A program made the translations under genes and the position numbers. The notes under the pieces are model-generated. The model worked only from the letters and a program-made list of their open reading frames with translations. It did no database searches and was not told the origin of the DNA. A stretch of 62,987 bases of DNA, the filler included, from Octopus bimaculoides (lineage: Eukaryota): assembly GCF_001194135.2 (NCBI RefSeq). It is 7 parts of 7 records of this genome, joined end to end, with 100 filler letters (N's around TTAATTAATTAA, not from the genome) between each part and the next. Parts side by side here need not be neighbours in the genome. Positions count along the whole stretch, not along the records: positions 17,128 to 31,039 come from NC_068985.1; positions 31,140 to 52,372 come from NC_069005.1; 5 more parts are not named here. One strand, given 5' to 3'. Below are positions 23,691 to 35,162 of this stretch, piece by piece (position 1 is the first letter of the stretch; each line of letters opens with the position of its first letter).

Positions 23691-24749
23691 TCAGAATAAT
23701 ACCCCCACACAAGATATTTCTTTCGAAAATCTAACAATTACGCCATTAATGATTCTAGTAAAGCAAAATTACGAAAGCTAACTGAAAAATTTGAAGAACT
23801 ATTGCGGTAAAATGTTTCTTTTGTTGCATAGATAATTTTTAATTGATATGCAGTCTTTCGTTTGAAATAACGTTTTATTATTTCTATGACTTTCTCTGTC
23901 TCACTTACTCCCCACTCTCTCTCTCTCGGTGTCGATTTCTGTCTGTCTGTCTTTCTCTCTGTTTCTCTCCCCACTATGTCTCTCTCTCTTGCTATCATTT
24001 CTATTTTTACTTTGTCGCAACCAAAGTTTAATTTCCCTCGTGTTTCTTTTGCATCTTCCTTTGTTGTGTTTCCGTTTCTGATGAAAGAAAATCTAGACTG
24101 ATCAATGATTAAATAGAAAGTACGTAGCAACTATGCCACGTACTTAAATGACACTAACGCACAGTGAGAGAAATATAAAGAAATCAATTGATAGATTCAT
24201 AGATTAAATGCATAGATTCAGAGATGAACATCTAGGCAAACATATAAATAGCTTGCTATGTAGATAACGAGATAGACTGATCTAAAGCTCGATAGATCAA
24301 CAGACAGATTGACATGTAAATATATTTATATATGTATATATATGCGAGCGCGCATGTATGTACAAATATTTATACCTATATTTATGCATACACAAAGGCG
24401 CATACATGTACATATCTTGGCATTCCATAGAAGTCAAAAGGGTCTTTGAAATGATTCACTCTCTCCCCTGTAAATCATTATGAGTAATGTCTACATTTTC
24501 AAATTCTGACGTTGAAACAATATGTTTTCATTTGTTACTCGATGAGTAAATACAGCGGTGACGTTTCCTGACAAAGAAGGCCTCGACAGACTCTAATCAT
24601 ACACATGGTTCTTTATTCTCCATCGTGCTAGCTTCCAACAATATCTGCTACTCTGCATGCACCATTCTGATTCTGACCCTCCTTTTCCGCATGCACCCCT
24701 ACGAATTCGAACGTTCGTTCTTGTTAGCTTCCCAATACTCAATAACAGT

Positions 24750-25135
24750 GGAGGCGCAATGGCCCAGTGGTTAGGGCAGCGGACTCGCGGTCATAGGATC
24801 ACGGTTTCGATTCCCAGACCTGACTTTGTGTGTGTTTATTGAGCGAAAACACCTAAAAGCTCCACGAAGCTCCGGCAGGGGATGGTGGCAAACCCTGGTG
24901 TACTCTTTCACCACAACTTTCTCTCACTCTTTCTTCCTGTTTCTGTTGTACCTGTATTTCAAATGGCCAGCCTTGTCACACTGTCACGCTGAATATCTCC
25001 GAGAACTACGTTAAGAGTACACGTGTCTGTGGAGTGCTCAGCCACTTGCACGTTAATTTCAGGAGCAGGCTGTTCCGTTGATCGGATCAACTGGAACCCT
25101 CATCGTTGTAAGCGACGGAGTGCCAACAACAACAA
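24750..25135 (+). mobile_element. SINE family B, full length
   Basis: tRNA-like head GGAGGCGCAATGGCCCAGTGGTTAGGGCAGCGGACTCGCGGTCATAGGATCACGGTTTCGATTCCC and tail GCGACGGAGTGCCAACAACAACAA. Confidence 0.94.
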
Positions 25136-25753
25136 TTCAGTAACATCTCCTTGTCTTGTTCATCGAAATAGACAATCCATTCTCAGGTGCATCTCTTGAA
25201 TAATGGGCATGTATAAGATCACAACGCAGGATCTGTTTGCATGGGCTCGGCTACAAATTTACATGGCTTGGAATAGGTATTTTTTCACGATCGCGTAGAC
25301 TCTTATGGGTTTTCAATCTGCCAATAATTTACTATTTGTACAGATTTGAATTTTAAAGTCAGTCTCATTCTCGTTTGAAATACGTATTTGACGTTTGTAT
25401 GCTCAAGAAACACAATTAGAAATTAGTGAAGAGGGCGCAACGTTCTGGAATATAACGACTTTTGGATTCAGTTCTAAAATGTATTATACAACACGAACTC
25501 TGGGTGGATGATACAATCAGTTGACTGAATTTGCTGTCAGGCGAAATTTAAAGAACCATTTAACAGGGTTTTCGTAAATTATCTGGCCTTTCTCTAAGTC
25601 TTTAGGGTCACCTCAACAGAAAAAGATTTTGTTTTATTCTCAAAATTGCTTCGAAATTTTAACTTCAACTCAGCTCAAACAACCACACACGTACGCAGTC
25701 GCGCGCACACATTTACAAGTATATAAATGCATATGCTTCTAAATACATATATA

Positions 25754-25789
<36 letters not shown>

Positions 25790-25796
25790 CACTCTC

Positions 25797-25868
<72 letters not shown>

Positions 25869-26000
25869 TACATGCATACTTATATGTGTGTGTGTGTGTG
25901 TCTATGCATATAAGGACTCGATACAATGAACAATAGAATACACACCGATATATTGTATGTATTTGAATATATACACACACACATACACACACACACACAC

Positions 26001-26046
<46 letters not shown>

Positions 26047-26567
26047 ATGTATATGTGTATATATATACATACATACATACATACATATTCAAATAGTGGT
26101 GCTCTGTGTGTATAGAAGCATATTTTGTAATTGTACGTCCAACTAGGTTTGATTTTCAGGTTTATCAATATCACTTCATTAACGTCACTGAAATTTATGA
26201 ATATAAAAATTCTTAAATGCCCCAAACTGTGAAATACAAGTATGCTGTAGTTGAAACAGTATGGCGGTCAATGCTAGCCTACCGTTCGTTTAATAGTTAC
26301 AATAGAATTAGTAAACTATTGTTCTATATCCCTGATTAACTATATTCATGCGTTTCAATATTCAACTCCATTTATTTCGGCGGTATTCGAACTTAATAAT
26401 TAAATATTAAATAGTAGATAATTAGTAGTCTTGATGAAGAAGAGAATGGTGATGTTAATGATTATTGTTTAGCCGCAGGTCAGCCCTGATGGCAGAGACC
26501 TATGATCAAATGATCAAAAGGAAATTTTCTGTGTTCCTCGCCGCCTTCGTTGGTTTCGTCACTTTCT

Positions 26568-26847
26568 TATTGTTGTTGTTGTTGTTGTTGTTGTTCTTCT
26601 TCTTCTTCTTCTTCTTCTTCTTCTTCTTCTTCTTCTTCTTCTTCTTCTTCTTCTTCGTCTTCCTTTTTTCTCCTCCTGCTCTCCCCCCTCTTTCCTTCTC
26701 CTTCTATCATCTTTTCTCATACTTTTCTTCCTTCCTACTACTCTCATTCTCTCGTTCTCTCTTTCTCTTTCTTCCCTCCCTTCTCCTTCTCCTCCTCCTC
26801 GTCTTCGTCGTCGTCGTCGCCGTTATTGTTGGTGTTGTTGTTCTTCT

Positions 26848-26879
<32 letters not shown>

Positions 26880-27135
26880 TTCTTCTTCTTCTTCTTCTTC
26901 TTCTTCTTCGTCACCTCCTCCTGCTCCTCTTTTCTTTCCTTCTCCTATCATCTTTTCTCATTTTCTTCCTACTACTCTCCTTCTCCTCTCATTCTCTCTT
27001 TCTCTTCTTCCCCTCCCTTCTCCTTCTCCTCCTCCTCTCCCTCCTCCTCGTCTTTGTCGTCGTCGTTATTGTCGTTGTTGTTCTTCTTCTCCTTCTTCCA
27101 CTTCTTCTTTTTCTTCTTTTCTTCTTTTTCCTCTT
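26568..27135. repeat. Pyrimidine-rich (GTT)/(CTT)/(CTC)/(GTC) repeat with an internal ~250-bp duplicated unit
   Basis: The unit CTATCATCTTTTCTCA...CCTACTACTCTC...GTCGTCG...TTATTGT...TTCTTC occurs twice (about 26700-26910 and 26940-27130). Confidence 0.9.
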
Positions 27136-27617
27136 ACTTTTAATGACTACATGTTCAACAATTCCTTTTCATTTTGAAAGTGTAGTGCTTAACTCACGAC
27201 CAATCTGGCTGCTATTTCTAAGCCGTTCGAGTCATATCAGACTGACTCCAACGATGCTGCATAAGCATCGTCGTAGATAAATGCCGCAAAAGCTAATCGA
27301 CATTGAAGTGTCAACATTTACTGCTCGAATCTCGCCTGTTAATGAATGTCACTCATTTAAACGAAAGCCTTAATTTTAGTTTGCCTTTCACCTCTTCATT
27401 ATGTAAGGTTCATAGTTGATTACTGAATTTTAGTGTAATTTCAGATCTGTATCATTAATAGCTGCGAGCCTTTGTGGATTAATCCCTCCCTCTGTTCTAA
27501 TTTTAAATACTCTGACCCCCAAACCGCAATTTCTCCTCATAATTCTTTTCCGCGTTTCATCTTGGTCGCCATCACCACTATCATTAATACAAACAACATA
27601 ACAATCATCATTACCAT

Positions 27618-27752
27618 CTTCTTCTTCTTCTTCTTCTTCTTCTTCTTCTTCTTCTTCTTCTTCTTCTTCTTCTTCTTCTTCTTCTTCTTCTTCTTCTTCT
27701 TCTTCTTCTTCTTCTTCTTCTTCTTCTTCTTCTTCTTCTTCTTCTTCTTCTT
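27618..27752. repeat. (CTT)n microsatellite
   Basis: Perfect run of about 45 units. Confidence 0.98.
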
Positions 27753-28256
27753 CTGTTCAGTACATTTCGGTTTGTTTCACCTCCAGATACTATGTTCCCA
27801 GAAACATTAAAGCTAATGTGTATATCAATTAACTTCATACAGCTAATAGCCTTTATTGTAACACCTCGCTACTCATTATCACAGCCACCACCATTATAAC
27901 TAAGACCCTCTTAGTCGTCAAGTCAATTATCATGCATATCTTCATCACCACTATCTTCATTTTCTGGTACTTTGGTATTTCTTAAACTTCTTGTTGAGAA
28001 TATAATAATTTCTTATTACTAGAACAATTAGAGTATTTATGCCTCTTACCTCATGATTTTCCGTTTATATTTTGTTTTAAGTGTTAATACAATATCCCAA
28101 TAACAATCATTCTTCATACTTTCTTTTATTTATGCATGCTGTACACTAGTTTATTTCTAAATATTTGTAAATTTGTAAATTTAGTGATGAAACTCTGTCC
28201 CAGTGTTATTCTTGTACTTTTATCTAACATTAAATTGGTGATATTTCTTTATTCAG

Positions 28257-28300
28257 GACTTAGCTGGTAAATTGTTTAAAACTGAACTTCAATTTATCAA
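28257..28300 (+). CDS. Candidate 44-nt internal coding exon (DLAGKLFKTELQFI+AA) of an unidentified gene
   Basis: Branch point CTAAC at 28224-28228, tract atttctttattcag|, donor |gtaagt at 28301. Only the phase-0 frame is open. Confidence 0.55.
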
Positions 28301-29584
28301 GTAAGTCCATGGCCTATCAGTTATAGTGCTTCCTGTTATTTATGCTCTGTTGCGTAGAGCACGGGATAATACGCAATGCAAGCAATGGTCCGTGGCCCAT
28401 TCATACCGTTTTAGCTGCTTCAAGATTCTGGTTAAAAGTGTTAGCACCAATTAAGGTAGAGATCGGAACAAAGAGTTATCTTGCACAATTCATATTCCAA
28501 TATGAATAAAATTCACTTGTTTGTACATGCAGCCTGCAGTATATATTTTTTTATTTATCTATGCGATATACCTACTTATTAATGGTGCTAACGTACACAT
28601 TCTTACTATTTTTAGAGACCATTAGTAGGAACTTCTACATACCAATTAATTCCATTTCTAGATTATTATTTTTTATTTTGAAGTTAATATTAAAAAATTC
28701 AAAGCCCTAGTTCGATGCATAATTTGATTTCAGAAAAATCTCACTTGCTGTAATTATCTAATTAAACAAGAAAGGAGTGCTACTTGTAACTCACATTAAT
28801 TCCAGTTTTCTGGATATAACGTGAGTTACAAGTGAGTTACAAATTGTATCCAGTTTTCTAGTTATCTTATTGTGACGATATATCTACAAGCATGGTGATG
28901 TTGTTAGCTAATGCTATTGGGAAATACTCCGATACTCCGCATTAATAATGCACATAAATGATGAAAGCATTACTATATCCATTCGACCCTTTTTTTTTTG
29001 CCACGATAATATCATCAGACTTATATGATAGCCTTCAAATATCATAAGCAAACACATAAACAGAAAATATAAGGTTCGCAAACCATGAAAGCGCAAGGAA
29101 TTTAAAATGGAAGAGGTGGATTTGGTGTGCGAAAATAAGAATGTATCACCATTGACGATTGTGAGTGATGAAAATGAAAATGTTCCAAAATCATAAAGAG
29201 CATACCTAAAGCATACCAAAAGGCTTACAATGAAAACGAGGTTTCTTTGTTCGGAAAAAAAAAAACCGTTCTTCTAATACTTGTGCAAGTTACCAGAAAT
29301 TAAAATATCCAAACATCACTGGAAGCATTTTCAGTAGCCATCTGCTAATACTTCGGAAGTACTTAAAAACCACTGAATCGCAGGAAGAAAACAAAACCAA
29401 GAAATAAGAACATTAACATTGCAACATAGCAATTAGATGCAATACAAATATCTCCATACATATCTTGAATCAATGCTGCGTACATGTCGGGCACACAGGA
29501 ATACTCATGATGATTCGGTATAAAGCCCGCTGCAAAATATTAACAAACACAACAGTAATAAAAATCAATAAAACGATGTTAATT

Positions 29585-29634
<50 letters not shown>

Positions 29635-29662
29635 ATCATTATCATCATCATCACCATCATCA

Positions 29663-29726
<64 letters not shown>

Positions 29727-29830
29727 ACAAAATAAACGGATCTAATTCTTCCATACCTCTTCCCTACTCCCCCTGTCTTGTTGTTGTTGTTGTTGTTGTT
29801 GTTGTTCTTCTTCTTCTTCTTCTTCTTAGT
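29585..29830. repeat. Compound (ATC)n(ATT)n and (GTT)n(CTT)n repeats
   Basis: Direct reading of the sequence. Confidence 0.95.
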
Positions 29831-30834
29831 TGTATTATTAGTAGTGGCGTTTTTATCATCATCATCAACTGTTGCAGTGGTAGTAGTAATGAATGTTGTT
29901 GTAGTAGTAGTAATAGTAGTAGTAGCCGAGGCAACAGCAACGGCGATAGTATTGGTACTGACCATAAATATCACTATATTTGGTATCATGTGATAATGAT
30001 GCAGTTAAATTTCTTTGCAACTGCTGTTGTTGTTGTTATTATTATTATTATTATCATAATTATAAACCATCTTCTACCTGTTGAAATTGTGCTTGTCAAC
30101 ATTACAGCTGTCACCTGCTGATATCATTCTCATTGTCATGATATCCAATTAAGAAGCAATAACCGATGACACAGCTGTCACATTTCTGTCAAAATAATTT
30201 TAATGAATGTATTAAGTGTGGTAATAGAAATATCAGTTTATCATTTTATACATGCTTGTCTTATAATATCCTATTGCTGTTGGTTTTAGTTGTCTTATTT
30301 ACTTATTTCCTTTTCTTAAATACGAAGAGAGTTCAATTTCTCGTCTTCTCTCGTTGATGAGGAAAGTACATGGGTAATTATAATTTCTCTTGTATCTCAC
30401 AAGTGAACTCGTGTAGCCGAAGGGTTAAAGTCTTAGGCCTGTGAGAAAAATGTCGTGGGCTGAAGTACTCAATAGCGTAGTGTCCAAAAACGACTTTTCA
30501 TTTCATACTACTTTCAGTCCACGCAATTGAAAATTACTACCTGCCCATTTTATCCTGAATGTACAACTAGATCAATGTGGAAGGTATCGAGAGGGATCTA
30601 TGCCTGGCCGCAACAATACAGGTTCATAAAACAATTAGCAGAACATGACAGGTATTGTCAAATCACATGCGCACATGAGTAGTACTTGGCGATATGTTTC
30701 TTTCCTATCAATCAAGAACACGGCGCATTGCACACGAGACACTTTTTCATTTATAGATTTCCGACATGTCTATGGTTTTCGTAGGTATATGAAACTTCAT
30801 ACATCCTTTATCTTTTATCTTTTATCATACTAGG

Positions 30835-30989
30835 GTACTGCCTTGAAGAGATTTCAGTCAAACGAATTGACTCCCGTACCTTTTATAAGTCTGGTACTTA
30901 TTGTATTGGTTTCACTTGCAGAACCTACGGAGACGTAAACAAACCAACACTGGTTGTCAAACAGTTGCGGGAGAGAAACACAGACACAT

Positions 30990-30990
<1 letters not shown>
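30835..30990 (-). mobile_element. SINE family A 3' half (diverged)
   Basis: GGTACTTATTGTATTGGTTTC...GACGTAAACAAACCAACACTGGTTGTCAA matches the 3' module of family A. Confidence 0.75.
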
Positions 30991-31039
<49 letters not shown>

Positions 31040-31260
31040 NNNNNNNNNNNNNNNNNNNNNNNNNNNNNNNNNNNNNNNNNNNNTTAATTAATTAANNNNN
31101 NNNNNNNNNNNNNNNNNNNNNNNNNNNNNNNNNNNNNNNTATATATATATATATAGGGAGAGAGGGAGAGAGAGAGGGAGAGAGAGATTGATAGATAGAA
31201 GGCTTTTGTCAGCCCAAGGCTGTAGTAGAAGTGGTTACGCTATGTATGTATGTATGCATG

Positions 31261-31301
<41 letters not shown>

Positions 31302-32104
31302 ATATGTATGTATGTATGTATAATACATGTATGCGTTCGTGTATGTATATATGAATACACACACACACATATAAATATATGCATACATACTTACACTCGT
31401 ATATATGTATGTATAAATATACGAATACGTATGTATGCATATATATGCGTGTGTATATATGCATATGTATATATATGTATGCATGTATGTATATATATAT
31501 GTATATATACTTGTGTGTGTGCATGGATATATGTATCCACTTCTGTATGAATATCGATAAACACGGTTTCTGTTTCGATCCCAGATCAAAAGAACTGAGG
31601 TCAATGAGTTTGATCTCTCAAATTTCCAGTTGGATTCGCTTATGCTAATTAAGTTAATTAGCATAAACTAATGGCGGTTCCAACGTTTGACCCATTCCTT
31701 GTGATGGCGCTGCTGGTTTTGTTGATAGTGTTAGCGTCGGTGGTGGCGGCGGCGGTTGCGGTGGTGGTGCTGAAGACGGTGATGGCGGCGATGCAAATGG
31801 TAATGATGGTGACGTTGGCGGTGATATTAATTAGATTGGTGGTGGTGGTGGTGATGGTGGTGGGGTAGTGGTGACAGGGGTAATATTTGTCACTGGTTTA
31901 GTGGTTTTAGAGTTGGTTTTGGTGGTCGTCGTCGTGGTGGTGGTGGTGGTATTTCTACAAGAGACAAAGTTTTGGCGGATGTTACGCTGGTATTCCAAAT
32001 ACTTCTAGTCCCTGGCCCACGATGGGGGTGAGTGTAGGGAGTGATTAGTACGTCCTTTAATATCTCCCCTATATCTATGTGCGAGTGTACTACACGTGCG
32101 TGCT

Positions 32105-32137
<33 letters not shown>

Positions 32138-32221
32138 TCGGTGTACCATAAGGATGCTATGATTCATCTGATGCAGCAATGAGCAGTTGTTGCAGAATGA
32201 TATCGAGTCAAAATCAATTCC

Positions 32222-32670
32222 AATGTCTGCACATTGAACAAAGGGATTCCAAACTGCTGCAGCTTGGTCTGTGAATCGTTTGGCCGACTCAGAAAGACAA
32301 TCTTTCCCTATCTCAATCCCCCTAACAAACTCCTTATTTTCTGGACCCTTTGAGTCTCTTCTCTTCTCTGTGGCTGCTCGATCGCATCCAGCCAAACATT
32401 AACATTCTGGAAGTCTTTGACGGTCAGTGCCACCTGGCGAGAAAGGTTTACAAGAAGAGAATTCTTCCGTCAAATCGAAGTCATTGAATTCACGCTGTTC
32501 CTTCACCTTCTGGGATGGTTTGGGCATTTAGTGCGTATGTCTGACTCAAGTCTCCCTTATTTTATGATCCCTCTGTCGTCAGCTACACTCTGGCCATTGT
32601 GTGGTCGGGAAGACCAAAGAAGTGGTTTAATGATCAACCGAAGACCATATTGGAGAGGAATAACATGAAT
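32222..32670 (+). mobile_element. RTE-clade LINE ORF2 C-terminal fragment (pseudogene)
   Basis: Frames read ESFGRLRKTIF...KLLIF..SSLLCGC, INILEVF, WRERFT..., GWFGHLVRMSDSSLP and GRPKKWFNDQPKTIL. This follows the RTE/BovB post-RT motif order. Confidence 0.87.
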
Positions 32671-34541
32671 ATTTCTTCAAGAATACAAAACATCATTCCC
32701 AATTAATCAATTCATTTTGGTGTTCAATGTCGAAGTAGGATTGAAGACATGGATGCTGGGGGAGGGGGATGTTCATTTTTCAATACACACACACACACAC
32801 ACACATGGATACATGTATACATACAGTCATACTTGCAGACACACACACACGCACACACAGAGCTAGCCAGTTACATCGATCGATAGATAGATAGATATGT
32901 CTGTGCAGGAATCTGTGGACTTCAATAATCTCTATAGAAATCGTTTTGGGTTGGTCATACTGCAGAGCAGAATGTGTGCGCATGCGTATTGCTGTCTGGG
33001 ACGTGTTGGAATGAATTGATCGCGATTCGAGAAAGTTCTGGATGCAAGAAAGAATAAATTAACAACAATGGATTGTAAAGAATGGTTACGAAGCTCGGAA
33101 CGAGGGTGGGGACGTAGAATTGGTGCCGGTGCAGGGTAGAAGTTTGATGTAGTGTGGTGTGTAGGGGGGACGTGGGAGAGGGGGAGTGATGGAAATAGGA
33201 GAGAAGGAGGAAATAAGAGAGATGTGGAATGGACGGAGGGATAGAGACAGTGGAAGATGTTAAGAAAAGAAGCTACATTGAGACGGCAATCGGATGTATG
33301 AACAGACCCAGCACTGACTTTAGCAGAAAGGCTGGTGACGTCATTAATATCGCATCATCATCATCATCATTATCATTATGACCATCGCCACTACCACCTC
33401 TACCAGCATAAACACCTCCATAACTACTACTACTACTAACAACAATAATCCTTCACATACTTCCCTTGTACACGCGCACACATACACACATATACTCACA
33501 CAGAGTTGAATCGCTGATTTTTTTCCCACCCCTTCCTTCCTTATTCATCCATCACCCCTTCCTTCCTTATTCATCTATCACCCCTTCCTTCCTTATTCAT
33601 CCGTCACCCCTTCCGTTTACTCACTGCTCTTACCTTCTCTCACTCCGTCTCAGTCAGGGCTATTACTCTCACTACTTCTCCTTCACTGAATTACTATTCT
33701 CTCTCCTCCGCGTCCGACGTGATTCTGGACAAATATATATATATAGTTAGGTATAGTGTTATAACTCAACATGCATACGCTTCATGCTTCACAAGTAAGC
33801 GTCAGTCGAGTACAGAGTTGTGGTAAGAAATAAAAGTGACAAAGGAAACGGAATTCTGTCGTGACCATCGTTAGTTTAGTTCCTGCTGTCTGATGCAAGA
33901 CACTCAACTTTTTTATTTGGGAAAGGATTTACATAACGCTTTCCTAAATCAGATTACACTTCATCTTTGTAGATTTTGCTGAAGATTGCACGATGCTACA
34001 TGAAACTAATGAGCATGCGTATGTGATTCATATTAATATAATGAGCCATAATGTTAATTACTTCCAATTAAACCGTTGATGATTAATTATGTTAACATCT
34101 TCGTTATATTCAGCCGTTGTTGTATGACGTCAGAATATTACTGAAGGTTTGAGACTATATAACTCTCAACTGACTCTCAGATGTGGCAGTCACTGACACT
34201 TTTCCTGATGTGTGTCAGTAAGGCCGAAACACTATCAGAGTTATCCCTATGCTGTCAACCATAAGTCTTATTCCCTATAAAAATACCTTTTATTTTAAAT
34301 TATGGGGCGGGGATGGGTGATCTCCCCTGCCTTTCTTCGCCAGAATTAGTCATTAAAGATAGATGTAATTATAATTAATTGAAACAATCTACATCTTCGT
34401 TACATTAAGTGCCTACTCTACTGTTTGTGTTTTATGCAGCTGACGTCTCTGAGCACCACCCACCAAGCTCATAGAAGCCTTTCTTGACTGTGTTTAGTTG
34501 GACAGTTATAATGGATATGACAATACTCCGCTATCATCACG

Positions 34542-34573
<32 letters not shown>

Positions 34574-35125
34574 AGCAATATTTCTCCACCACCGCTGCCG
34601 TCATCACCATCATCATCATTAACGACACTATCAGCCCCGCCACCGCCACTATTATCACAATAGCAGCAGCAACAACAAGAAGAACCATAACAACAATTTA
34701 AAGACTGTACAATCATGTAAAGTACGAAGTGATGTTCAGTTTACAAAAGCCATCGACCCCACCCCACCCCCACCACACCGACACCCGTACTACCATCACC
34801 ACCATCATCACCATCACTACCACTGCTATCACCATGTCCACCATCAACAACAACACCACTTCTACTAACTTCAGTAGAAGAACCTCCCCACCGCCATTCC
34901 CCCCGTCGCCGCTGTAACAGCCACCCCTCCACCACCATCACTACCACCACCACTACTACCCATCCCGCCAGTCACCCCCCCTTTCTCTCCTCTTCCCTTG
35001 TCTATTCATCTCTGCCTTCTCCCCTTCTATTGTCGTAGAGTCGTGATGCCTAGACCTTCTCTTGTCTATTTAGCCGCAAAGCATTAGCTATATTAAATAG
35101 TGCGTGTGTGTGTGTGTGAGTTTAA

Positions 35126-35162
<37 letters not shown>

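Noticed and set aside
24750-24822. tRNA-like sequence (also at the heads of families A and C)
   Set aside because: It continues into SINE body and tail sequence and is multi-copy. These are SINE heads, not tRNA genes.
26465-27280. 271-aa poly-L/F/V ORF resembling a membrane protein
   Set aside because: It arises from stop-free CTT/GTT/CTC repeats.
29465-30121. 218-aa ORF with poly-I/L/V/S
   Set aside because: It is made of successive ATC, ATT, GTT, CTT and AGT trinucleotide repeats.
33751-34500. Other AG/GT-bounded segments (33751-33794, ~33978-34023, acceptor near 34440)
   Set aside because: Each has one weak splice site or an early stop. Such matches are expected by chance in 60 kb.
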